Positions 26,822 through 34,701 of a stretch of 64,000 nucleotides of DNA are shown here, in pieces; position 1 is the stretch's first letter; each line of letters begins with the position of its first letter. The translations under genes were made by a program, and so were the position numbers. The stretch comes from Rhodospirillaceae bacterium (GTDB taxonomy: Bacteria > Pseudomonadota > Alphaproteobacteria > MPNO01 > VGEU01). The stretch is from NCBI GenBank assembly GCA_050249455.1, contig JBFWQM010000002.1, positions 8,888-72,887 on the forward strand, read 5' to 3'. Below the pieces are notes generated by a model, which saw only the letters and a list, made by a program, of their open reading frames with translations, did not search any database and was not told the DNA's origin.

Positions 26822-28153
26822 ATGGACGGGAACGGACGCCGCCTCGACCTCGCGCCCCTGGTCGACGACCGCCTCGAAGACGGCGTGTTCCGGGTCGACC
26901 GCTCGATCTACCTCGACCCGGCGATCTACGAGGCCGAGATTGACCTGTTCTTCGAGCGCGGCTGGGTGTTCCTGTGCCACGAGAGCCAGATCCCCAAGGC
27001 CGGCGACTACTTCGCCACCTGGATCGGCCGCCAGCCGGTGTTCGCCGTGCGCAAGCCCGATGGCGGCTTCGCCGCCTTCATCAACGCCTGCGCCCACCGC
27101 GGCGCGGTGCTGACGCCCTACCAGTGCGGCAACGCCAAGGCGTTCACCTGCCGGTTCCACGGCTGGACCTACGGCCTCGACGGCCGCTGCATCAAGATCA
27201 AGAACGAGGAGACCGGCTTCCCCGGCCCCGGCTTCGACCGCAGCAAGTACAACCTGACCGCGGTGCCGCAGGTGGAGCACTACCGCGGCTTCGTGTTCGG
27301 CTGCCTGGATGCGCACGCGGCGCCGCTCGGCGACCACCTGGGCGACACCCGGCCGTTCATCGACCTGTTCGCCGACCAGTCGCCGGCCGGCATCGAGGTG
27401 CTGCCTGGCGCGCAGACCTATGTCTGCGACCACAACTGGAAGCTCCAGGCCGAGAACGTGACCGACGGCTACCACGTCTCCACCGTGCACCGGAACTTCA
27501 TGACCACCGTGCTGCACCGCGAGGAGCGCGACGGAACCTCGGGCCTCCTGAAGACCGAGGTCGGGCGCATCCAGGGCGGCGTGATGAACGGCCAGTACGA
27601 CCTCGGGCGCGGCCACAACGCGCTGTGGGCGGACCGGTCGAGCCCGGAGGCGGCGCCGATCGCGCCGCTGGCCGCCGAGGTGGCGGCGCGGGTGCCGCCC
27701 GGCCGAGCCAAGTGGATGCTCAAGCGCGGCCGCAACCTGCTGGTGTTCCCCAACATGGTGCTGAACGACCTCGCCTCCACCCACATGCGCACCCACCGGC
27801 CGCTGGCGGTGGACAAGACGGAGGTGACGATCTGGTGCGTCGCGCCGAAGGGCGAGTCCAAGGAGGCGCGCTACGCCCGTCTGCGCAAGTTCGAGGACTT
27901 CTTCCTCGCCACCGGCATGTCGACCTCCGACGACATCGTCTCGCTCGACACCGCGCACGCCGGCTACTTCGCCCGCCATGCGCGGTGGTCGGACATGACC
28001 CGGGGCCTCGCCGGCCTCAGGCCCGGCCCCGACGATGCGGCGCGCGAGCTCGGCATCGACCCGCCCTACCACGGCGCGAGCTGGGACCACGAGGGCATCT
28101 ATGTCGGCTTCTACCGCTACTGGCGCGATGCGCTGATGCGGGGCGAAGTTTGA
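26822..28153 (+). CDS. Rieske non-heme iron oxygenase alpha subunit (no adjacent beta subunit)
   Basis: Rieske motif CAHRGAVL...CRFHGW. Catalytic-domain block NWKLQAENVTDGYHVSTVH. Divergent from UbiD paralogue 2. Confidence 0.9.
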   Translation: MDGNGRRLDLAPLVDDRLEDGVFRVDRSIYLDPAIYEAEIDLFFERGWVFLCHESQIPKAGDYFATWIGRQPVFAVRKPDGGFAAFINACAHRGAVLTPYQCGNAKAFTCRFHGWTYGLDGRCIKIKNEETGFPGPGFDRSKYNLTAVPQVEHYRGFVFGCLDAHAAPLGDHLGDTRPFIDLFADQSPAGIEVLPGAQTYVCDHNWKLQAENVTDGYHVSTVHRNFMTTVLHREERDGTSGLLKTEVGRIQGGVMNGQYDLGRGHNALWADRSSPEAAPIAPLAAEVAARVPPGRAKWMLKRGRNLLVFPNMVLNDLASTHMRTHRPLAVDKTEVTIWCVAPKGESKEARYARLRKFEDFFLATGMSTSDDIVSLDTAHAGYFARHARWSDMTRGLAGLRPGPDDAARELGIDPPYHGASWDHEGIYVGFYRYWRDALMRGEV

Positions 28154-28166
28154 AGAATGTTGCGTA

Positions 28167-28236
28167 GGGGCGGGTTTCAAACCCGCCCGTGACCCTCTCC
28201 GTGCGCACGGCGAAAGGGCGGGTCTGAGACCCGCCC
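28167..28236. repeat. twin GC-rich hairpins (GGGCGGG-N-CCCGCCC family) between convergent genes
   Basis: The hairpins are GGGGCGGGTTTcAAACCCGCCC (28167-28188) and GGGCGGGTCtgaGACCCGCCC (28216-28236). There is no downstream T-run on the plus strand; an A-run follows the second hairpin. Confidence 0.55.
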
Positions 28237-28270
28237 CTACAAAAAAATCGGTGTGAACGTGCGTCCCGGC

Positions 28271-29053
28271 TCAGCGCGGCTGGGCGTCGAGGAACTTCGC
28301 CACCGTCGTCGTGAACCCGGCCGGGTTGTCGAGGTTGGCGAGGTGGCCGGCGTTTGGGATCACCTCCAGGGTCGCGCCCTTCACGGCGTCGCGGATCTTC
28401 TCCGACATCGGCATCGGGGTCGACTTGTCCTGGTCGCCGATCAGCACCTTGGTCGGCACGGTGATCTTCGGCAGCACGGGCGACAGGTCGTCGGTGAACA
28501 CCGACCGCACGGTCGCGAGGTAGTGCGCCTTGTCGATCTTGGCGATCGCGGCGGCGAGATCGTCGTGCGCGGCCCTCGACGTGGTCTTGAGCAGGCGGTC
28601 GTCGGCGTACCACGCGCCGAAGTCCTTCATCGTGGTCTTGCCGAGCGCGGTCTCCATGCCCTTGATGCGGTCCTGGCCGCCGATGTTCTGCTCCGCGAAC
28701 GAGTCGGCGATGATCATCGAGCGCACCATCTGCGGGTGCTTGTCGTAGAAGGCGAGCGCGATCGGCCCCCCCATCGAGAGACCCAGGATGTGCGCCTGCT
28801 TGACGCCGCAGGCGTCCAGTACCGCCTTCAGGTCGGCCGCCGCCTTCGCCACCGTCCACTGGCCGCCGTTGCAGGTGGAATCGCCATGGCCGCGGGTGTC
28901 GTAGGCGATGCAGGTGTAGCGGTCCTTCAGCGCGTCGATCTGGTCGCGGTAGAGGTAGAGGCCGGTGCCCAGGCTGTGGATGAAGGCGAGTGCCGGGCCC
29001 GTGCCCTCCTTGACGTAGGCGATGCGTTCGCCATCGGTTTCGACGAAGGGCAT
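28271..29053 (-). CDS. alpha/beta hydrolase
   Basis: Start MPFVETDG after AAGGAGG. Contains HSLG, the nucleophile elbow GLSMGG, and a C-terminal GH (NAGHLANL). Confidence 0.85.
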   Translation of the reverse strand: MPFVETDGERIAYVKEGTGPALAFIHSLGTGLYLYRDQIDALKDRYTCIAYDTRGHGDSTCNGGQWTVAKAAADLKAVLDACGVKQAHILGLSMGGPIALAFYDKHPQMVRSMIIADSFAEQNIGGQDRIKGMETALGKTTMKDFGAWYADDRLLKTTSRAAHDDLAAAIAKIDKAHYLATVRSVFTDDLSPVLPKITVPTKVLIGDQDKSTPMPMSEKIRDAVKGATLEVIPNAGHLANLDNPAGFTTTVAKFLDAQPR

Positions 29054-29091
29054 GGAAGCCTCCTTTGCGCTGATCCGTTGTCGCGGGCGTT

Positions 29092-29901
29092 CTAGCACCC
29101 GCCGCCGGCGCGGTCGAGGAACGCGGCGAGCGCCGTATCGAACGCCGCCGGGTCCTCCAGGCAGCCGTAATGTCCGACGCCGGGAAGGAGGGCGAACGCC
29201 GCGCCCAGCGCATCCGCCACCGCGCGGCAGGCGGCTTCCGGCGCCACCTTGTCGGCGCCGCCGCACATCACCAGCGCCGGCGCCGCAATGCGCGGCGCGT
29301 CGGCGATCACGTCGGCGCGCGCCAGCATCTCGACCATGCCGCGATAGCCGGCAGGGCGCACCGCCGCCATCGTCGCCACCACGTCCGTGACCAGCGCCGG
29401 CGCGGCGCCGGGCCCCAGGACGCCCGGCCCGCGCGCCGCCGCGAAGCCGGCCGGCCCCAGCGCCGCGAACGGCTCCAGCCGCGCCCGCCTGGCGGCCTCG
29501 CGCGCCTCGGGGGCCAGCATCGCGGTGCCGGCGAGGCCATGGCAGAACGTGAAGCTCAGCGCGCGGGGCGGGAACAGCCGGCAGAACGCGGCTGCGATCG
29601 GCGCCCCGGCGGATTGCCCGACCACGTGCGCCCGCTCGACCTTCAGCTTATCGAGCAGGCCGGCCAGCGCCCGCGCATAGTCGTCCGGCGACGGCGTTTC
29701 GTGGGCCAGGTCGTCCGACCCGCCATATCCCGGCGCATCCCACGCGATCACCTTGAACCGCGCCGCGAAGCTGTCGAGCTGGTTCGCCCACGTCTGCGAC
29801 GCGCCGCCGATCCCATGCAGCAGGACCAGCGCGGGACCGGCGCCGGCCTCGCGGAAGGCGATGGTGCGGCCGTCGACTCGAGCTTTCCGGAGCGGCGCCA
29901 C
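29092..29901 (-). CDS. alpha/beta hydrolase
   Basis: GTG start. Contains LLHGIGG, the nucleophile elbow GQSAG and GVGHYGCLE. Confidence 0.8.
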   Translation of the reverse strand: MAPLRKARVDGRTIAFREAGAGPALVLLHGIGGASQTWANQLDSFAARFKVIAWDAPGYGGSDDLAHETPSPDDYARALAGLLDKLKVERAHVVGQSAGAPIAAAFCRLFPPRALSFTFCHGLAGTAMLAPEAREAARRARLEPFAALGPAGFAAARGPGVLGPGAAPALVTDVVATMAAVRPAGYRGMVEMLARADVIADAPRIAAPALVMCGGADKVAPEAACRAVADALGAAFALLPGVGHYGCLEDPAAFDTALAAFLDRAGGGC

Positions 29902-30329
29902 TACTTCCCCTCCCCTCGTGGGAGGGGGTTGGGGGGAGGGGGTGCCTGCCCCAGAGATGCTCTATCGCGCACGATGGAATCGATGCGCTGCAGGACGCCC
30001 TCCAGGTTCTCCATTACGTCGTTGTTCCAGAAGCGGAGAACGATGAACCCGCTCAGGCCGAACCAGGCGTCGCGCTTGCCATTCGCGTCACGGCCCGCAT
30101 CGGTGTTGTGCTGTCCGCCGTCGATCTCGATGACGACGCGGGCTCCGTAACAGACAAAATCCGCGATGTAGGGGCCGAACGGTACCTGGCGGCGGAAGCG
30201 CAGGCCGGCGATCTGCTTCGATCGGAGTGCCTGCCAAAGCTTCTTTTCCGCGTCGGTCATGGCGACGCGGAGGGCGCGGGATTTGGAAATGGGTGGGATC
30301 GAGTCCGTGGCTGGCGCCCCCTCCCCCAA
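29901..30329 (-). CDS. DUF559 (Vsr-like endonuclease fold) protein, copy 2
   Basis: Core block TDAEKKLWQALRSKQIAGLRFRRQVPFGPYIADFVCYGARVVIEIDGGQH...RDAWFGLSGFIVLRFWNNDV. The track start is a TTG inside the repeat; the ATG at 30260 is an alternative. The C-terminus PPPPNPLPRGEGK is repeat-encoded. Confidence 0.75.
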   Translation of the reverse strand: MGEGAPATDSIPPISKSRALRVAMTDAEKKLWQALRSKQIAGLRFRRQVPFGPYIADFVCYGARVVIEIDGGQHNTDAGRDANGKRDAWFGLSGFIVLRFWNNDVMENLEGVLQRIDSIVRDRASLGQAPPPPNPLPRGEGK

Positions 30330-30353
30330 CCCCCTCCCACGAGGGGAGGGGGC
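29907..30353 (-). mobile_element. DUF559 cassette 2: ORF bounded by the same repeat family
   Basis: 29907-29942 is CCCCTCCCCTCGTGGGAGGGGGTTGGGGGGAGGGGG. 30317-30353 is CCCCCTCCCCCAACCCCCTCCCACGAGGGGAGGGGGC. The arms are near-identical to cassette 1, and the single loop substitution is mirrored in both arms. Confidence 0.5.
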
Positions 30354-30360
30354 TAATAGT

Positions 30361-31182
30361 TTAGGCCGCGGTCGCCTTCTGCGATGCGGCCTTGTAGAGG
30401 CCGTAGGCGGTGTCGAGGGCGGCGAGGCAGTCGGGGTCGAAGTCGCGCGTCGGGGTCGGCTCGACGTTCCAGAAGCCGTGGGTGTCGCGGCCGCGGCAGA
30501 CCATGGCGGTGGCGCCCTCGAACAGGGTCTGGCGCACGTTGGGCGCGATGTAGTGGATCGAGTAGCCGATGCGCCGGTCGTCGGAGCCGTTGGGCGGCGA
30601 GGCGTGGAAGGTGAGCTCGCTGTGGAACGAGAACTCGCCGGCCTTGAGCACGACGTCGACCGCCTTGGACTCGTCGATGCCGCGGATGGTCTGGCCGCGC
30701 GACAAGAGGTTGTTGGGGTCGAACGTCTCGTCGTGCGTCGCCTGTGTGCCGTCGCGGTGGCTGCCCGGCAGCATCTTCATGCAGCCGTTCTCGGTGTTCG
30801 CGTCGGTGAAGGCGACCCAGGCGGTCAGCGTATCGCGCGGCTTCAGCCCGTAATAGGTGGTGTCCTGGTGCCAGGAGACGTAGCGCGGGTCGCGCGCGTT
30901 CTTGGAGAAGAAGCTCGAGCCCCAGCATAGGATATTGGGGCCGATCATGTCCTCCACCGCGTCGAGCAGCTTGGGATGGCGGATCAGGTTGCACAGCCAC
31001 GGGAACGGCAGATGCGCCTTGATCTTGTAGCGGACCTGCGCCTCCTCGCCGATGTGGGCCTCCAGCGTCTCGAACCGCCGGCGCAGCTCGCGCGCCTCCG
31101 GGCCGTTCAGCAGGGGCACCGGCGCAAGGAACCCGTCGTGCTTGTAGCGCGCGACCTGCTCGTCGCTCAGAACTCTTCCCAT
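30361..31182 (-). CDS. phytanoyl-CoA dioxygenase (PhyH) family Fe(II)/2-oxoglutarate oxygenase
   Basis: Start MGRVLSDEQVARYKHDGF. Contains the HxD motif (WHQDTTYY) and a distal His in FHSELTFHAS. Confidence 0.85.
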   Translation of the reverse strand: MGRVLSDEQVARYKHDGFLAPVPLLNGPEARELRRRFETLEAHIGEEAQVRYKIKAHLPFPWLCNLIRHPKLLDAVEDMIGPNILCWGSSFFSKNARDPRYVSWHQDTTYYGLKPRDTLTAWVAFTDANTENGCMKMLPGSHRDGTQATHDETFDPNNLLSRGQTIRGIDESKAVDVVLKAGEFSFHSELTFHASPPNGSDDRRIGYSIHYIAPNVRQTLFEGATAMVCRGRDTHGFWNVEPTPTRDFDPDCLAALDTAYGLYKAASQKATAA

Positions 31183-31193
31183 GACGCCCTCCG

Positions 31194-32048
31194 CTATGCC
31201 GCCGCTTCGACCGGGCGGTCCTGGCCCTGGACGGTGGTGCGGCGCAGGAGGCGCCGCTCGGTTTCGGGAAAATCGGTGCGCGCGTGCGTCGAGCAGCGGT
31301 TGTCCCACATGACGAGGTCGCCCGGGCGCCAGCGGTGCTCGTAGACGAATGCGCGGTTCTCGCAGTGGTCGCACACCGCGGCGATCAGCGCCTCGCTCTC
31401 GGCCGGGTCCATGTCGATGATGTGATGGGTCATCAGGCGGTTCATGTAGACCGCCTTGCGCCCGGTCTCCGGGTGCGTCCACACAACCGGGTGCTCGCTC
31501 TTGCCGAACGCCGGCGTGCCCTTGCCGTCGCCGCGCTGCGTCGAGCCGTAGTGGTAGTGGACATAGGCGCGCCGGCCGGCGAGCTTGTCCTTCAGCCGCT
31601 GCGGCAGCGTCTCGTAGGCCTTGTACATGTTGGCGAACATCGTGTTGCCGCCGACCGACGGCACCTCGATCGCATACAGCAGGGTCGCCTTGTCGGGCGT
31701 ATCGATATGCATCATGTCGTGATGGAACATCATCTCGCCGTCGGGCAGCGAGCCGATCGGCTTGCCGTTCTCGCGGATGTTGGAGATCAGCATCGTCGCC
31801 GGGTGCAGGTCGTCGGACTCGGCGCGGAACTCCTTCGGCCGCGGGCGGATGCCGGGGGTGCCGAAGATCTCGGTGAACCGGATCTGGTCCATCTCGGCCA
31901 GGTTCTGGCCGCGGAACAGGACGATCACGTTGTCGAGCCACGCCTGATAGACCGCGCGCTTCGTGGCGGCGTCGATCGGCTTGGTCAGGTCGACGCCGCG
32001 GATCTCCGCCCCGATCGCCGGTGACAGCGGCACCACCTCGATCGTCAT
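31194..32048 (-). CDS. TauD/TfdA-family Fe(II)/2-oxoglutarate dioxygenase, copy A
   Basis: Start MTIEVVPLSPAIGAEIRGVDL after GGGAGG. Contains FHHDMM (HxD), NTMFANMY and WDNRCSTHAR. Confidence 0.9.
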   Translation of the reverse strand: MTIEVVPLSPAIGAEIRGVDLTKPIDAATKRAVYQAWLDNVIVLFRGQNLAEMDQIRFTEIFGTPGIRPRPKEFRAESDDLHPATMLISNIRENGKPIGSLPDGEMMFHHDMMHIDTPDKATLLYAIEVPSVGGNTMFANMYKAYETLPQRLKDKLAGRRAYVHYHYGSTQRGDGKGTPAFGKSEHPVVWTHPETGRKAVYMNRLMTHHIIDMDPAESEALIAAVCDHCENRAFVYEHRWRPGDLVMWDNRCSTHARTDFPETERRLLRRTTVQGQDRPVEAAA

Positions 32049-32067
32049 CGATAGCCTCCCTGCAGGT

Positions 32068-32946
32068 TTATTCGTGAAGCGGCTGGCCCAGGATCGTGCA
32101 GCGGCGCAAGAGCCGCCGTTCGCTGGCGGGGAAATCGGTGCGCGCATGGATCGAGCACCAGTTGTCCCACATCATCAGGTCGTCCTTGCGCCAGACGTGC
32201 TCGTAGTACACCGCCGGATCCTCGGCGTGCTGGAACAGCTCCTCCAGCAGCGCGTCGCTCTCCGCCGGCTCCAGCCCCTCGATCCAGCCGGTGATCAGCC
32301 GGTTGACGTAGAGCGCCTTGCGGCCGGTCAGGGGGTGGGTGATCGCGATCGGCTGCGCGCGGTGCGCCACCTTGGACAGGTCGGCTTCGCGCTTCAGCTT
32401 CTCGCTGGTGCCGTAGTCGTAGAGGTGCATCGCCTTCAGGCCGCGGATGCGCTCCTTCGTCTTCGACGGCAGGTTGTCGTAGGCCTTGTACATGTTGGCG
32501 AAGCGCGTGTTGCCGCCGGTCGACGGCAGCTCTATCGCGTACAGGAACGTGCCGCGATACGGCGCCTCCACGTATGACATGTCGTGGTGGAACCACATCT
32601 CGCCGTCCGGCAGCGAGCCGATCGGCACGCCGTTCTTGCGGATGTTGGAGATCAGCATCACCGCCGGGTTCATCTCGGCGCCTTCGGGCCGCCGCTCGAC
32701 CGGGCGCGAGCGCGCGCCCAGCGGGCCGAACAGCCCGGCGAAGGCGAGCTGCTGGTCCTGGTCGATGGTCTGGCCACGGAACAGCAGGATGACGTGGTCG
32801 AGCCACGCCTGCTCGATCGCGGCGAACGTCGCGGCGTCGAGCGGCTTCGCCAGGTCGACGCCGCGGACCTCGGCGCCGATCGCCGGCGACAGCGGGACGA
32901 TCTCCAGGGCCGAAGTCCGCGTGGCGGTGGTGAGCGTCATGCGCAT
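32068..32946 (-). CDS. TauD/TfdA-family Fe(II)/2-oxoglutarate dioxygenase, copy B
   Basis: Contains LEIVPLSPAIGAEVRGVDL, FHHDMS, NTRFANMY and WDNWCSIHAR. It is a tandem paralogue of copy A. Confidence 0.9.
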   Translation of the reverse strand: MRMTLTTATRTSALEIVPLSPAIGAEVRGVDLAKPLDAATFAAIEQAWLDHVILLFRGQTIDQDQQLAFAGLFGPLGARSRPVERRPEGAEMNPAVMLISNIRKNGVPIGSLPDGEMWFHHDMSYVEAPYRGTFLYAIELPSTGGNTRFANMYKAYDNLPSKTKERIRGLKAMHLYDYGTSEKLKREADLSKVAHRAQPIAITHPLTGRKALYVNRLITGWIEGLEPAESDALLEELFQHAEDPAVYYEHVWRKDDLMMWDNWCSIHARTDFPASERRLLRRCTILGQPLHE

Positions 32947-33041
32947 CCTCTCCGGAAGTCGATTACCTGCTTAGCCGAATAGTCCGGCAACGCGAATTCT
33001 TATAGCACCGGTCGGCGCTGGCGTTGCACCCGTTCGGGATA

Positions 33042-33055
33042 GTAAGCTAGCTTAC
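33042..33055. promoter_or_regulatory. MarR operator candidate in the tauD/marR divergent region
   Basis: The perfect 14-bp palindrome GTAAGCTAGCTTAC lies 23 nt upstream of the MarR start, and AAGCTT is repeated just downstream. Confidence 0.45.
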
Positions 33056-33077
33056 AAAAGCTTGGCAAGGGATACCC

Positions 33078-33557
33078 ATGCGCGGCGACGTGCCGGAAAG
33101 CGACGATGTGCAACGCAGCATCGGCTTCCTCATCGGGGAAGTGTCGCGGCTGCTGCGCATCGTCTACGACCGCCGGGTGGAGCCGCTGGGGCTAACCCGC
33201 TCGCAATGGCGGCTGCTCGTCCACCTGCGCCGGCGCGAGGGCCCGACCCAGTCGGAGCTCGCGGCGGCGCTGGAGATCGAGCGGCCGACCGCCGGGCAGC
33301 TGATCGACCGGCTGGAGGCGAAGGGCTGGGTCGAACGGCGCGCCGACGATCGCGACCTGCGCACGCGGCGCGTGTTCATCGCCGAGGCGGTGCAGCCGCT
33401 GCTGCACGACATGATGGAACTCGCCGAAAGCGTCCACGCCGACGCGCTGGACGGCCTGCCCGCCGGCGACGCCGAGCGGCTGGTCGACATCCTGCTGCAC
33501 ATCAAGGGCAACCTGTCGCGCATCGCCGCCGACGGCGGCGGCAACGGCCGGGGCTGA
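33078..33557 (+). CDS. MarR-family transcriptional regulator
   Basis: Contains LTRSQWRLLVHLRRREGPTQSELAAALEIERPTAGQLIDRLEAKGWVERR, a winged HTH. Confidence 0.9.
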   Translation: MRGDVPESDDVQRSIGFLIGEVSRLLRIVYDRRVEPLGLTRSQWRLLVHLRRREGPTQSELAAALEIERPTAGQLIDRLEAKGWVERRADDRDLRTRRVFIAEAVQPLLHDMMELAESVHADALDGLPAGDAERLVDILLHIKGNLSRIAADGGGNGRG

Positions 33558-33560
33558 GCG

Positions 33561-34628
33561 ATGGTCCGGCTGCGCCGCGGGCTGATCCGCTTCCTGCTGC
33601 TGGTGGTCGTGCCGCTGGCCGTGGTGTTCGCCGGCGTCCAGTACTACCTCGCCAACAGCCGCTACGTGACCACCGAGAACGCCTACGTCAAGGCGACCCA
33701 GGTCGCGGTCAGCGCCGAGGTGTCGGGCCGCGTGATCGCCGTGCCGGTCGACACCAACCAGCGGGTTCGCGCGGGCGACGTGCTGTTCCGCATCGACCCG
33801 GAGCCGTTCGCGCTGGAGCTCGCTAAGTCGGAGGCGGAGATCGGGCGCATCCGCAACGAGATCGAGGTGATGCGCGCGGCGTGGCGCGAAGCCTCGATGG
33901 CGCTTGCGGAAGCCGAGCAGAACCTGCAGTACAACCAGCGGGCGTTCGAGCGCCAGCGCACCCTGGAAGGCGCCGGCGTCGCCTCGCGCGCGCGCTACGA
34001 CGAGGCGCAGAACGCGCTGGCGACCAATCGCGAGCGGGTGCGCGCGCTGCGCCAGAAGATGAACGGCATCCAGGCGAGCCTGGGCGGGCGCATCGACCTG
34101 CCGACGGCGGAGCACCCGATGTACCTGGAATCGGTGGCCAAGCGCGACCGCGCCGCGCTCGACCTCGACCATGCGGTGGTGCGCGCGCCGGTCGACGGCG
34201 TCGCGGGCAAGGTGAACGTCGAACTCGGCGAGTTCGTCAACCGCGGCCAGATGGTGATCGCGCTGGTGCAGAGCCACGAGCCGTACCTCGAGGCCAACGT
34301 CAAGGAGACCCGGCTGACCCACGTGCGGGTCGGGCAGCGCGCGACGATCACGCTCGACACGTTCCCCGACCTGGCGATCCGCGCGCGGGTGAAGTCGATC
34401 AGCCCATCCACGGGCGCGGAGTTCGCGATCCTGCCGCCGCAGAACGCGACCGGGAACTGGGTCAAGATCGTCCAGTGGGTGCCGATCCGCCTCGAGTTCG
34501 ACGGCCTCGACGAACGCGTCCCGCTGCGCGCCGGCATGACCGCCACCGTGCGCATCGACACCGAGCGCGAAACCTCGCTCGGCGACTTCCTCGCGCCCGC
34601 CGTGGCGTGGACCGGGTTCGGGAAGTGA
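33561..34628 (+). CDS. HlyD/EmrA-type membrane fusion protein
   Basis: An N-terminal TM helix, then a coiled-coil region and lipoyl-like and beta-barrel blocks (VSGRVIAVPVDTNQRVRAGDVLFRIDP). Confidence 0.85.
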   Translation: MVRLRRGLIRFLLLVVVPLAVVFAGVQYYLANSRYVTTENAYVKATQVAVSAEVSGRVIAVPVDTNQRVRAGDVLFRIDPEPFALELAKSEAEIGRIRNEIEVMRAAWREASMALAEAEQNLQYNQRAFERQRTLEGAGVASRARYDEAQNALATNRERVRALRQKMNGIQASLGGRIDLPTAEHPMYLESVAKRDRAALDLDHAVVRAPVDGVAGKVNVELGEFVNRGQMVIALVQSHEPYLEANVKETRLTHVRVGQRATITLDTFPDLAIRARVKSISPSTGAEFAILPPQNATGNWVKIVQWVPIRLEFDGLDERVPLRAGMTATVRIDTERETSLGDFLAPAVAWTGFGK

Positions 34629-34701
34629 CGCGGCGGCGCGCAATGCTTTCTGCGCGCTGTCGCGCGGGCATCGGTCCATGTGAAGAGTCGGCGCCGCCGC
34701 C

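Noticed and set aside
28167-28236. The twin hairpins as a standard bidirectional rho-independent terminator
   Set aside because: Neither hairpin is followed by a T-run in the direction of the gene it would terminate. They may still be REP-like or mRNA-stabilising elements, so they are reported only as repeats.
23045-30353. The G/C-run repeats as a possible CRISPR array
   Set aside because: The copies are in inverted rather than direct orientation. They are irregularly spaced (12 nt to several kb) and separated by ordinary genes. No cas genes are present.
19194-32946. Treating the accessory-looking region as a horizontally acquired island or prophage
   Set aside because: I saw no integrase, transposase, tRNA target, phage structural gene or flanking direct repeats. 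Apart from short AT-rich promoter gaps, the composition looks uniform with the rest of the window.
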